Shown piece by piece: positions 9,802-20,632 of a stretch of 64,000 bases of DNA; within the stretch, counting starts at the first letter, position 1; every line of letters starts with the position of its first letter. The position numbers and the translations under genes were made by a program. The notes beneath the pieces are model-generated. The model worked only from the letters and a program-made list of their open reading frames with translations, was not told the DNA's origin and did not search any database. The stretch lies in NCBI GenBank assembly GCA_019058275.1, contig JAHLVW010000099.1:1-64000 (forward strand). The letters run 5' to 3'. The stretch comes from Candidatus Heimdallarchaeota archaeon (GTDB taxonomy: Archaea; Asgardarchaeota; Heimdallarchaeia; JABLTI01).

Positions 9802-11760
9802 GTGGAAAGAATAAACAGCACTGAGATAGTTAATAATGGTCTTTCTAAACAACAAATAGAAATTAGGAATATCCCTGATTCTCATTTGAAATGGTTAATT
9901 CAACAAGTTTTTAGAAAACCAGCAATAGCTATTACTGTCATAGTAGGAACTTTACTTTCTATTGCAGCTACAATGACTCGTCCTTATATGATGGGAGAAT
10001 TATTCGATATCATATGGGACCTATATTTAGGAAGTAGAACAGCAAATATTGTTGAATTTCTATCAATTTTGGATATTGACAAAGACATTCTAATTTATGT
10101 TTACATTTTACTTGGTTTAGCAGGTTTTGAATTCATTATAAACATCACAGTAGGCATTCTAAATGAGTATATAGCTCAAAATACTGAGAGATCAATAAGA
10201 GATGATTTCTATAGATCAGTTCAGAGTAAATCCATGGCATTTCATGATACAGCAAAAGTTGGAGAATTAATGTCACAAGCAACTTTTGATGTCAGAATAA
10301 TAAACGCCACTGTATCCCCAGGATTGAGAATGATTGCACAAGCAATTTTAACTGCAGGTGCAGCTTTTGGGTTACTATTTTATTATGATTGGCGTATTGC
10401 TTTGGCAGTTATCGCGTTTACTCCTCTCTATATCTTGACTGTTAGAAATTATTCTAAGAAATTGCATCCTTTAACTGAAAAGGTACAAAAGCAATTTGGT
10501 ATTGCTAATTCATTATTACAAGAAAATGTTTCAGGTATTAGAGTTGTCAGAGCATTTACAGCAGAAAAACATGAAACAAAACGCTTTAGTAAAGAAGTAG
10601 ATGAATTAAGAGATGATATTATTGCTAGAGGTGAACGACAAGCACTTTATTTTCCACCCTTGATATTGTCACTTTCCATTACGATATCCCTTGGATTAAG
10701 TGTATTGTTAATCGCAACAGGATCTATGTCTGGCGGAGAAGCTATTGCTATAACTGGAGCTTTATTTCAATTATATAACCCTACATATATGATATCTTGG
10801 GTTTTATACTTGACACACATGGGTCTCGCTGGAGCAAAACGAATAATAACAACAATGAAAGAAGAAGAGATAATTGTTGAAAAGCCAGATGCTATTAAAT
10901 TTACAGACATACAGGGTAGAGTTGATTACATAAATGTAGATTTCAGCTATTATAAGCTGAGAGATAAGACTAGAAAAACTGGGACTGAAAATAAGAAGCA
11001 AGAAACAAAAGAAAAACCAGAAGTTAATGTTAGAGAAACTTTGAAAGATATTAATTTAACAGCTAATCCAGGTGATATTGTTGCAATATTGGGACCAACA
11101 GGTTGCGGGAAGTCCACAATAACTAAACTTCTAGCAAGAATGTATGATGTTGATTCTGGTGAAATACTGATTGATGGTAAAAATATTCAAGATATTACGT
11201 TGGATTCTTTACGGAAGAATATTGGTGTAATAGAACAAGATATTTTCCTATTCTCTACAACAATTAAAGAGAATATTGCTTATGGTGTTGATCGTAAGGT
11301 TTCAGATGAAGAAATAATTGAGTATGCTAAGGCAGCTCAAGCTCACAATTTCATAATAACCTTTGATGATGGGTACGACACACTCGTTGGTGAACGAGGT
11401 GTAACTTTATCTGGAGGAGAAAAACAACGTATTGCTATTGCAAGAGCATTTCTAGCAAATCCCAAAATTTTAATCCTTGATGATTCAGCATCAGCAATTG
11501 ATGCTCAAACAGAAGAGTTAATCCAAAAAGCAATGGATAGGTTACTCGAAAATCGAACTGTCTTTATTATTACTCACAGATTAGCAACTATAAAACGAGC
11601 TAATAAGATCTTAGTGCTACGTAAAGGAGAGATAGTAGCACAAGGATACCATGATTCACTTCTAAAATCCAGTGAAGATTATCGTCGAGTATTTGGACGA
11701 CATTTAAAGTTACCACCAATTGATGAAGCAATTGGAATTACATCTGGAGGTTCAAAATAA
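9802..11760 (+). CDS. ABC exporter half-transporter (TMD+NBD)
   Basis: GPTGCGKS, LSGGEKQR, ILILDD (non-canonical Walker B); 6-TM N-terminal half. Confidence 0.95.
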   Translation: MERINSTEIVNNGLSKQQIEIRNIPDSHLKWLIQQVFRKPAIAITVIVGTLLSIAATMTRPYMMGELFDIIWDLYLGSRTANIVEFLSILDIDKDILIYVYILLGLAGFEFIINITVGILNEYIAQNTERSIRDDFYRSVQSKSMAFHDTAKVGELMSQATFDVRIINATVSPGLRMIAQAILTAGAAFGLLFYYDWRIALAVIAFTPLYILTVRNYSKKLHPLTEKVQKQFGIANSLLQENVSGIRVVRAFTAEKHETKRFSKEVDELRDDIIARGERQALYFPPLILSLSITISLGLSVLLIATGSMSGGEAIAITGALFQLYNPTYMISWVLYLTHMGLAGAKRIITTMKEEEIIVEKPDAIKFTDIQGRVDYINVDFSYYKLRDKTRKTGTENKKQETKEKPEVNVRETLKDINLTANPGDIVAILGPTGCGKSTITKLLARMYDVDSGEILIDGKNIQDITLDSLRKNIGVIEQDIFLFSTTIKENIAYGVDRKVSDEEIIEYAKAAQAHNFIITFDDGYDTLVGERGVTLSGGEKQRIAIARAFLANPKILILDDSASAIDAQTEELIQKAMDRLLENRTVFIITHRLATIKRANKILVLRKGEIVAQGYHDSLLKSSEDYRRVFGRHLKLPPIDEAIGITSGGSK

Positions 11761-13574
11761 TGTCTTGGTTTGGAGTAGGTAGAAGCGAGGAAGAATCTGA
11801 AGGGAAGTTCACTGATCGAGAGCTAACACAAAGAATTATTTCCTATATTTCACCTTACAAGAAAGATATCTTCATAACCACTATAATTATAATGATTAAT
11901 ACAGCATTTTCACTAGCACCACCTTACATTATTGGTAGGTTATTAGATTTTGCTGTGGAGTTATCTGAAGGTGGTACACCATCAATAGCTCTAATAGTCA
12001 CATTAGCAGTAACAAATTTTGTTTTGAATGGTATCCTTTGGTATCTAGGTGAATATCTGACAAGAGTGATTACTATAAGGGCTATTACAAAAGTAACAAG
12101 AGAAATTCGAATGGATATGTTTCAAAGAATACAAAACCATGATTTCCGTTTCTTTGATACTCATATTACAGGAAAGATAATGTCTCGAGTAATGAATGAT
12201 ACTGACACACTGCGTGATACATTGTTCTTTATTACTCAATTATTTGGAAATGTTTTATTAGTTCTTGCTTCTGCTGGTTTGTTATTCTTCCTGAATTGGC
12301 AATTAGCTTTAATCTCATTGGCATTAACTCCTTTGATCTTTCTACTAATGTTCATATATCGTAAATTTGTTCGTAGAACTATGTTAAATTGGAGAAAAAC
12401 TGTTGCTACAGTAAATGCTACGATGGGTGAAAGCATCTCAGGGATAGCTGTTAGTAAATCGTTTTCCAGAGAGAAAAGGAATTTTGAGGATTTTCAGAAA
12501 ATTAACCAAGAAAACTTTGTTGCATCATTTAAAAGAGGTTTAACTTTTGCTACCTTGTGGCCTATAATAACATTAATGCAAATAACTGTTCTAGTTGCTT
12601 TACTAGTTTATGGACAGAATTTAGTAGTTTTCAATCAAGTTATGGAACCAGGAGCTCTATACAGCTTTACAATTTACTTGTGGAGATTCTTCTTCCCATT
12701 AACACAAGTTGCTAATTTCTACTCACAATATCAAGCAGGATTAGCAGCAATGGAAAGAATATTTGGATTAATGGAAGTGGAATCAGAAGTCAAAGAAGCT
12801 GATGAACCAAAAATTCTTCCAGAATTACAGGGAGAAATAGAATTCAAAAATATAGACTTCTGGTATAATGAAAATGAACCAGTTTTCAAGAATTTCTCAT
12901 TAAAGATAAATGCAGGAGAAACAGTTGCTATTGTAGGGGAGACTGGAGCTGGAAAAACAACTCTAGCGTCTTTACTTTCAAGGTTTTATGAAATAAAAGG
13001 TGGAAGTATACTTGTTGACGGTGTTGATATTCGTGATTTGCAAATTGAATGGTACAGACAGCAAGTTGCATTAGTTTTACAAGATAGCTTCCTTTTCGCT
13101 GGAACCATCAAAGATAACATTAAATTTGGCAGAATTTGGGATAATCCAACAGATGAAGAAATTCATCTAGCTGCAAGAACTGTACAAGCAACTGAATTCA
13201 TAGAAGACTTTCCTGACGGATTTGAAACAGATGTCTTTGAAAGAGGAAAAAGACTTTCAACTGGACAAAGGCAATTAGTTACTTTTGCTCGAGCATTATT
13301 AGCTAATCCACGAATACTCATTCTCGATGAGGCAACAGCCAGTGTAGATGCTTATACAGAGGCAATGATTCAAGATGCTCTCGAGACAATTATGAAAGGC
13401 AGAACCTCAATTGTTATTGCTCATAGATTATCTACGATCAAAAATGCTGATAAAATTATTATGATTGAAAATGGTCAAATCGTTGAAATGGGTTCACATG
13501 ATGAACTTCTTACTAAGAAAGGTCAATACGCTGGACTTTATGAAACCTATTTCAAACATCAATCATTAATGTGA
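11760..13574 (+). CDS. ABC exporter half-transporter, heterodimer partner
   Basis: GETGAGKT, LSTGQRQ, ILILDEAT, IAHRL; 1-bp overlap with upstream gene. Confidence 0.95.
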   Translation: MSWFGVGRSEEESEGKFTDRELTQRIISYISPYKKDIFITTIIIMINTAFSLAPPYIIGRLLDFAVELSEGGTPSIALIVTLAVTNFVLNGILWYLGEYLTRVITIRAITKVTREIRMDMFQRIQNHDFRFFDTHITGKIMSRVMNDTDTLRDTLFFITQLFGNVLLVLASAGLLFFLNWQLALISLALTPLIFLLMFIYRKFVRRTMLNWRKTVATVNATMGESISGIAVSKSFSREKRNFEDFQKINQENFVASFKRGLTFATLWPIITLMQITVLVALLVYGQNLVVFNQVMEPGALYSFTIYLWRFFFPLTQVANFYSQYQAGLAAMERIFGLMEVESEVKEADEPKILPELQGEIEFKNIDFWYNENEPVFKNFSLKINAGETVAIVGETGAGKTTLASLLSRFYEIKGGSILVDGVDIRDLQIEWYRQQVALVLQDSFLFAGTIKDNIKFGRIWDNPTDEEIHLAARTVQATEFIEDFPDGFETDVFERGKRLSTGQRQLVTFARALLANPRILILDEATASVDAYTEAMIQDALETIMKGRTSIVIAHRLSTIKNADKIIMIENGQIVEMGSHDELLTKKGQYAGLYETYFKHQSLM

Positions 13575-13590
13575 TTTGTAAGACTTGTTC

Positions 13591-14568
13591 TTACAATTTC
13601 ATTTTTCTAAAAATCAGAATAATTAATACTGTAACAACTAGTATCGTTGCCATAAAAATCCAAAATGGTGCTGATAAGAATAAATTAGGATTGTTTATAA
13701 AATCTTGAAAATTAACTCCTCCAATAGAAGCCAATAAGTTTGGTATTAAAATTACTGCTGTTAAAACAGCAATTAATTTCATTGTATCATTCATTTTATT
13801 TGATGCTGAAGATAAATAGACTTCTACAATACTGCTTACACGATCTCTGAAAGATACGCATGTATCATTTGCCTCGAGTATGTGATCATATACATCAGTG
13901 AAATATGTTTGAGCAGATTCGCTAATCAATGGAATATCATCAACAGCTAATTCTCTTAGAACTACTCTTTGTGGTCTTATAGCTTTCATAATGATGAGTA
14001 TGTTAGTTCTCAAATCAAATGTTGTATCAAGTAATTCTCTCTCAGGTCGATGAACTACAATCTCTTCTACTTCTTCAATGATATCTTCAATTTCCTCAAG
14101 TCTATCAAGATAACCATCAATAAATGTATCAATAATAACATAGGACAAAAACCCAGATTTGTGACTGATTATTCTTTTGTTTTTCAGCAAAATACGATTA
14201 TGTACAGCCTTTAAGCTTATACCACCTCTCCTCTCTCTTACTGTTATAACATAATTCTTGCCAAGATAGATAGCAATTTGATAAGGTTCTAATTCATCTT
14301 CATCTGGAAGTTTTCTGACACCTACTAGAATAATAAACAAATAGTCTGGATATTCTTCTATTTTAGGTCTTTGATTTGCTTCCAAACAATCTTCTATTGT
14401 AAGGGAATGGAAATTGAATATTTTCTGCAAGGTATTTAATTCATCAATATTTGGTTCAATAATGTCAATCCATAATGTCCCAAGATTCTCTTTAACAGCA
14501 AGTTCTAAATCATCTTCGTGTAATTTTGAATCATTTTCTGAAAAGGAAAGTATTCTTTTAATCAACAT
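13591..14568 (-). CDS. corA: CorA family Mg/Co transporter
   Basis: WIDI..P, FHSLTIEDC, QRPKIEEY, MNDTMK; GGVNF in place of GMN. Confidence 0.9.
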   Translation of the reverse strand: MLIKRILSFSENDSKLHEDDLELAVKENLGTLWIDIIEPNIDELNTLQKIFNFHSLTIEDCLEANQRPKIEEYPDYLFIILVGVRKLPDEDELEPYQIAIYLGKNYVITVRERRGGISLKAVHNRILLKNKRIISHKSGFLSYVIIDTFIDGYLDRLEEIEDIIEEVEEIVVHRPERELLDTTFDLRTNILIIMKAIRPQRVVLRELAVDDIPLISESAQTYFTDVYDHILEANDTCVSFRDRVSSIVEVYLSSASNKMNDTMKLIAVLTAVILIPNLLASIGGVNFQDFINNPNLFLSAPFWIFMATILVVTVLIILIFRKMKL

Positions 14569-14613
14569 TATTCACCTCCAAATTTTTCCTAACAAAATGC
14601 CAGAAGTTATAGT

Positions 14614-14985
14614 TCACTCCTTTTGTTGAATTATCTCAAATAAATTACCATCTGGATCTTCCAATAAGAAAGATATGAAGTTCTCTTGGGCATAAATTTC
14701 TGTATCTTCTGTACAAAGATTATCTTCTTTACATTTCTTAAGTAATCCAGCAATATCATCTACTTCAATAGCAAGTACTCCACCCTTCCTCATAGGTGAG
14801 TTATCATTTAGAGGTTCAGGGTACAAATAATAAGCAGTATTTGGACCACCATCTGGATAAGTGAAAATAATAAGTGTTTCAGATTTAGCTGTTATTGTCA
14901 TTCCAAGCTTTTCCATAAAAACTTTAGTTTTCGATAAATCACTAGAATGCAACCAAGTAGATACAATTTTTTTAAATTTCATCAT
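14614..14985 (-). CDS. VOC/glyoxalase family protein
   Basis: LAIEVDDI...FLLEDPDGNLFEI. Confidence 0.85.
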   Translation of the reverse strand: MMKFKKIVSTWLHSSDLSKTKVFMEKLGMTITAKSETLIIFTYPDGGPNTAYYLYPEPLNDNSPMRKGGVLAIEVDDIAGLLKKCKEDNLCTEDTEIYAQENFISFLLEDPDGNLFEIIQQKE

Positions 14986-15167
14986 ATCATTCTCCTTTTT
15001 TACTAAATAGATTGTTCACACTTTTAATTTAAAAGTTATTACAAGATATGAACTTCTATTTACTCCCATAATAGAGTTAAACGGATTTCTTTGATTTTCT
15101 TACAAGAAAGGAATAATTAAAAATGAGTTTTATTAATCATTCATATCAATAGTTCGAGGATGTTTTT

Positions 15168-16524
15168 ATGTGTGATACTGTGGTAGCACTTGGTAATTCG
15201 ATTAAAAATAAAAAAGTGATTTTTGCTAAAAATAGTGTTCGACAAAAAAACGAACCTTCTGAGATATTACATGTTCCAAGAAAGAAACATCCAAAGAGAT
15301 CAGAAGTAAAAACCACTTACATTTCAATTCCCCAAGTAGAAGAAACAGCAGAAGTCGTTTTATGTAAACCAATTTGGATTTGGGGAGCAGAAATGGTTCC
15401 AATGAATACGGTGTTGCCATAGGTAATGAGGCTACTTTTACTAAAGAAAAATACCAAAAAGAAGGTGGTTTACTTGGAATGAATCTTCTTCGTTTAACTA
15501 TAGAGAGAGCAAAATCTGCAAAAGAAGCAATGGAGGTTATTGTTGATTTATTAGAGCTATATGATCAAGGAGGAAATCATGGTTATCGTAAGAAGGAATT
15601 GTATCATTCATCTTACATTATTGCAGATAAAAAAGAAGCTTGGGTACTTGAAACATCGAGTAAATATTGGGTCGCTGAAAAAGTAAAAGATATAAAATCA
15701 ATTTCTAATACAATAACAATTCGTGGAAAAGGTGATATTCGTCATCCTGAATTAACAGAAAATGCGATGAACAAAGGATGGTGTAAAAATCCAGAAAAAT
15801 TTGATTTCTATAATGATTATCGCGACAAATTTAAGATAGAACAAATTTTTGCATTAGGAATGAATAGGTGCATGAGATCGTATGAGTTATTAAACCGTGA
15901 TATGGGAAATATTGATGAAACGACAATGATGAACATTTTTAGAGATCATGTTCCAATAAAAAAGGATTGGAATCCAGCTAAGGATGCAACATATCGTTCT
16001 CTTTGTGTACACCAAAAAGGAATATTCACAATAACACAAAGTACCATTACTATGGTTTCAGTGCTTGATGACAAGATTCAAACTCATTGGATTACTGGTA
16101 CTGCGACTCCATGTACAGCTATATTTAAACCAATTTTCATTCCTGGTGGAATGCCTGAAATTGGAACAAAAACAACCGCTTACTATGATTCAAAAAACAT
16201 CTGGTGGCAACATGAAAAACTTCATCGTCTTGTTCTTATGGATTATAACAAACGGTTAGGTTTGTATAAAAAAGACAAAGAAAAACTAGAGCAGAGCTTC
16301 ATTCAAAATACAAGAGATTTCATAAAAAAATGAAAAGTAGTACTCTTACAGAGGAAAAGGTACAACAATTAAGGAATTTTACTTTTGAAAAATTTAATGA
16401 AGCTGTGACAAATAAAGAAAAATGGATAAAATTAGTTGAAAAAGAACCAATTAAAAGAAAAACTAATATTTGCTATCAAAACTCTTGGCAAAAAACGAGT
16501 AGAAGGAATAAATTGTCTTTTTAA
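15168..16524 (+). pseudogene. C69 family dipeptidase (secernin-like), two frameshifts
   Basis: MCDTVVA, FAKNS, KPIWIWGAEM|GSNEYGVAIGNE, GLLGMNLLRL; split over ORFs 15168, 15374 and 16330. Confidence 0.85.
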
Positions 16525-16709
16525 GATAACAACATAATTTTTTAAGTCTCAACTTAGATTGTTACTTAGTAATATAAATTGTATCTCTAGCTTAGAGGAA
16601 ATACCTAACCTATAATTGAGTGGTAAAATTTAGAGATATCAGAGCGAATAAATAATCGAAAGATTATTAGAGACCAGAACTTAGATTAATAGGTTTATAT
16701 CTTTGCTAT

Positions 16710-17222
16710 GTGAAAAAGGGACGGTGCATTGAAACGACAGAAGTAAATTCGAATAAACATAACAAATACAACATTAAAGGAGTTTCAAAAAGCATAGATC
16801 AAGTTTCAGCTGGCGGAGTTGTCTATAAAGAGTGTGAAGATAAAAAAGTGAGAGTAGCTTTAATACGAGATCAAAATACCCATAAATGGATTTTACCTAA
16901 GGGTAGAATTGAAAAAGGAGAATCGCTTGAAGAGACTTCTCTTAGGGAAATTAAAGAAGAAACTGGACTTCAAAGCCTTAAATTTATAAAGAAAATAGAC
17001 AAAACTAACTATTGGTTTAGAACTAAACAGAAAGCCAAACTAACTAAGGAAGTTCATTTCTTTCTCTATAAAGACGAAGATAGCTACGAAGACATCTGCG
17101 TTGAGAAAACCAATTTTGATAAGGGGCAGTGGTTTACGAAAGATGAAGCAATTAAGAAAATTGGATTTCCAGCACAAAGGAAAATCCTCAATAAAGCTTT
17201 CAAAATAATCGAAGATGAGTAA
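16710..17222 (+). CDS. NUDIX hydrolase
   Basis: Nudix box PKGRIEKGESLEETSLREIKEETGL. Confidence 0.92.
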   Translation: MKKGRCIETTEVNSNKHNKYNIKGVSKSIDQVSAGGVVYKECEDKKVRVALIRDQNTHKWILPKGRIEKGESLEETSLREIKEETGLQSLKFIKKIDKTNYWFRTKQKAKLTKEVHFFLYKDEDSYEDICVEKTNFDKGQWFTKDEAIKKIGFPAQRKILNKAFKIIEDE

Positions 17223-17426
17223 GGAGATTGCTCATTTTTCTCTTATTTTTTCAGTAAAAGGAAGAATTTTCTTAATGACTTTTTATCGGAAAATTACACC
17301 AAAAAGTACATTTTTTTAGTGAAAATCACCATTAATTAGAAAAACTATTTATTTAATAAACTCAAAATATGAAATAACTTTAAGATAAAAATATGTTGTG
17401 AGGTAAAAAATTAGAGGATAGATATT

Positions 17427-17735
17427 ATGCCAGGCACATGTCCAAAATGTGGTCTTCCTGAAGAGCTATGTATGTGTCAAGCAATAGCTAAGGAAGAACA
17501 AAGAATTAAAGTGCGTATAGAAACGCGAAAATGGGGAAGAGAAGTTACGTTGATTATGGGTATAAACCCTAAAGAGGTTGACCTTGTTTCTTTAACTACT
17601 AAATTAAAGAATAAGTGCGCTTGCGGTGGAACATCCAAAGATGGGGTCATTGAATTACAGGGAGATCATAGACAGAGAATCAAGGATCTATTACTAGCAG
17701 AAGGTTATGATAGTTCAAACATTAACATCCAGTAA
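17427..17735 (+). CDS. Translation initiation factor aIF1/SUI1 (YciH-like)
   Basis: CPKCGLPEELCMC, LKNKCACGGT, IELQGDHR. Confidence 0.95.
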   Translation: MPGTCPKCGLPEELCMCQAIAKEEQRIKVRIETRKWGREVTLIMGINPKEVDLVSLTTKLKNKCACGGTSKDGVIELQGDHRQRIKDLLLAEGYDSSNINIQ

Positions 17736-17855
17736 AATGTAACAACGTAAACAAAAAGGGTTATTTTGAAATAACCAAACTACATACTTCTTTAAATCGG
17801 AAGCTAGTACTAGAGACTCACTTCTGAATTTATTATTTCTACCTTTAATTGTGGA

Positions 17856-19874
17856 TTAGTCCTTCTTTATGTAACATTCACCAGGTAAAATTGAAATAAG
17901 CTCATTTAAGACAGTAGCTTTTACTTTAGCAGAACTCTTTTCATCTAAATCCTTCAGGAATAAGTTAACAATACTTTTAGCTATCTTGCTTTTGGGAGTG
18001 TCTCCAGGAATAACTTTGATTACCTTCGACTTGTCGATATTCTCCATTGCTAAAATTGCTTTTGGAGGTCCTCCAATTGCATAAGCCCATTTTTCTTCAA
18101 TGATTGGATAAACAGAAATTTCTAAAGGTATATTTTTGAGTAAATTCTTTGAACCTTTTATTATAAAACTTCCTTTTGCCAGAAATTCTCCAGAAGGAGC
18201 AGAAAATGAAACTTGATCTGAGTTTACCCAAAAGGTATCTTCTGTGCTGAGTCGATCCTTCCATGCTTTTGAATAGGTGACTGAGAAAATAGCTGCTTCT
18301 TGGATTGTTTTTTCTGGAATAGGTTTTCCTTCACTTTTAATGACCACAACTGCTGCTCCATGTATATCTGCATGTAAAAATAAATCATCCTTCTCTAAGT
18401 ACTTCTTAACGATTTCAGTATTTGTACGTTGATCTTTACCAGCTATTACTAATAATCCATCGGATGATTTAAACCAATGAAACTTCTCGTACCAATCCCT
18501 TTTCCTTTTTTCGATTAATATCTTCTCCTTCTGAGATAATTTTTCTAATCCCAACTCTAATTTTTTAATTCGCTCATTAAGTTCATCTATTTTCTTTTGT
18601 GCACCAGGTATTTTCCCTTTTGATTTTTTAGCTCGCTTAAACATTTCGTTAGCATTATCTGAACCAGATTTTAGAAAATCAAGCTGAACATCAGTACCAT
18701 CAAGTTCAACAATGACAGTTTTCTTGTTCTCCTTTATAGCTTTCAGTAATCTAGCTCCCTTTACCCCACGAATCTTTGCTTCATTGAGTTTTTCTTTGAT
18801 CTCTTGCCACCCAATATTCTTCCTTCTAGCATCAGTTATTGTTGATAATAATTCATTAATTTCACTCAGGTAAAGATAAATGTGATTACCAATTTTCTTC
18901 TCACTCTCAGCAATTCCAATCATTTCTTTCATATGATCTTCTTGTTTTTTACGAACTTTCTCAATATGCTTAATTTTCTTAGCTTCAGCAGATAACTCGA
19001 CGTTTGATTCCTTATCTGACTCCATGGCGCTAAAGTGTTCATCTAAGGCTTCTGAAAATGAATTCATTTTTTCGCTTTCATAATCTTGGTAGACTTTTAA
19101 CGGAAATGGAACTATTTCTATTACTTCATTATTTTTAGGATCAACGTATTTTGTAGGAATTAATTTTGAGCTTGAGGTTGATTTTCGCAAATCTTTAATC
19201 CCAAGCAGTATTTTATCGATAATACTTGGAGTAATCTTTTCAGATTTTAGTGTATAATTAATCTCTGCTCGTAAACAAATTTCTTGAGCAAAAATCTTTC
19301 CAATGTTTAGTGTTCTTGAAACTAAAGTCACTATATCAGCTTCAGATTTTTCCTCTAGTTTCTCTTTTACCCAATCTAAATCTGCTTCAAGGAAATTCTG
19401 TCCACTACTTGGAGGAAATTGGAATTCTATTCCAGGATGGATATCTCTATCACGCATTTTCTTGTAGTGTTTGGCTACTAGAATCTTGTTTTCAGGGCTC
19501 AGTAAAATAAGATTACCTTTGCCAAAAAGCTCTATAATTAAAGTGTACACTTTTTCATATGCTTCAAATTCTAAAACACAAACTCTGTCGAAATCATATT
19601 GATAGATTGATTTTAACCATTTTCCTTTAATGTGTATTCGAAAAACTTTGCATAAACCAGAAGGACTAGGTGGAAATTTTCGCTTGTATTTAGTTACATG
19701 GATTCGTTTTCCAGGTTCAATTACTAGTATTTGAGTTCCTTCTGTCTTTGTTCTAAATCTGAAAAAGAACATATCGTTAAGTTCAAAAATGTTTTTAAGT
19801 TCGCTTTTACTAAATCGCTGTGTAAGCTCACGAATCATAGCATTAATGTCGAAATTGGTCATTGACGATTTCAA
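17856..19874 (-). CDS. rqcH: Ribosome quality-control factor RqcH/NEMF (NFACT family)
   Basis: MTNFDI, FDRV, ELFGKGN, WYEKFHWF, GKDQRTN, HADIHGA, APSGEFLAKGSFII; exact start uncertain (19862-19895). Confidence 0.93.
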   Translation of the reverse strand: MKSSMTNFDINAMIRELTQRFSKSELKNIFELNDMFFFRFRTKTEGTQILVIEPGKRIHVTKYKRKFPPSPSGLCKVFRIHIKGKWLKSIYQYDFDRVCVLEFEAYEKVYTLIIELFGKGNLILLSPENKILVAKHYKKMRDRDIHPGIEFQFPPSSGQNFLEADLDWVKEKLEEKSEADIVTLVSRTLNIGKIFAQEICLRAEINYTLKSEKITPSIIDKILLGIKDLRKSTSSSKLIPTKYVDPKNNEVIEIVPFPLKVYQDYESEKMNSFSEALDEHFSAMESDKESNVELSAEAKKIKHIEKVRKKQEDHMKEMIGIAESEKKIGNHIYLYLSEINELLSTITDARRKNIGWQEIKEKLNEAKIRGVKGARLLKAIKENKKTVIVELDGTDVQLDFLKSGSDNANEMFKRAKKSKGKIPGAQKKIDELNERIKKLELGLEKLSQKEKILIEKRKRDWYEKFHWFKSSDGLLVIAGKDQRTNTEIVKKYLEKDDLFLHADIHGAAVVVIKSEGKPIPEKTIQEAAIFSVTYSKAWKDRLSTEDTFWVNSDQVSFSAPSGEFLAKGSFIIKGSKNLLKNIPLEISVYPIIEEKWAYAIGGPPKAILAMENIDKSKVIKVIPGDTPKSKIAKSIVNLFLKDLDEKSSAKVKATVLNELISILPGECYIKKD

Positions 19875-19888
19875 TGGAGTCACCAATA

Positions 19889-20596
19889 ATGTCAAATAAG
19901 AAACCTAAACAAAAAGATTCCTCAAAGTCTAAAAAGGAAAAGCCAAAAAAAGAAGAAGAATTAAACCTAAGTGAATATGAAGATTCATTTGATGATGAAC
20001 ATGAGGGGGAACCTATTGAAGAAACTGGTGATGAGATTGACTATGAGGAATATGAACTCCCAGAAGATTTCATTCCAGAAGATAAAGATGAAGCTGATGA
20101 AGAAGTTTTAAACTGGTTCCAAAAGAGAAGAAAAGATTTTCAAACTATGGATAATTATCAAAGATTGTATTGGATTAAAATTTTAGCAGGAACTATTACT
20201 GGTCTTGTTCTTGGTTTTGCTAACGCACAAACTGGATGGTGGCTCTTCTTAATGATAGTACTTTATGCAGGAGTAACTGCAGGAGGTTTCTACCTGTTCA
20301 AGTTAGAATGGAATTTTAAAGAGATAATCTTTAGCGGATTCTTTCCTTATTTAGCACTCTTCGTGTTAACTTGGACTTTAATGCTTACATCTCTATATGC
20401 CCCACCAATAAGTGATTGGTGGGTAATATTAGAAACAATTGTAACTGAGACGATAAATGGTACAGAGACAATATACACATCAACCCGAACAACATCCGCA
20501 GCTGACATTCCTTATCTCGCCTTTGTACTTATAATAGTAAGCACATTAGGATTGTTACAATTCCTTCTAAGAAAGCAAAATCGAAGAGAAAAGTAA
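19889..20596 (+). CDS. EMC6/Rab5ip-like membrane protein with acidic N-terminus and an extra C-terminal TM
   Basis: LYWIKILAGTITGLVLG...EIIFSGFFPYLALFVLTWTLMLT resembles the 3-TM EMC6/C20orf24 pattern; start uncertain. Confidence 0.6.
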   Translation: MSNKKPKQKDSSKSKKEKPKKEEELNLSEYEDSFDDEHEGEPIEETGDEIDYEEYELPEDFIPEDKDEADEEVLNWFQKRRKDFQTMDNYQRLYWIKILAGTITGLVLGFANAQTGWWLFLMIVLYAGVTAGGFYLFKLEWNFKEIIFSGFFPYLALFVLTWTLMLTSLYAPPISDWWVILETIVTETINGTETIYTSTRTTSAADIPYLAFVLIIVSTLGLLQFLLRKQNRREK

Positions 20597-20632
20597 ATAT
20601 AGAAGTGTATAGCTTCCCTCTAATTTTTTTTA

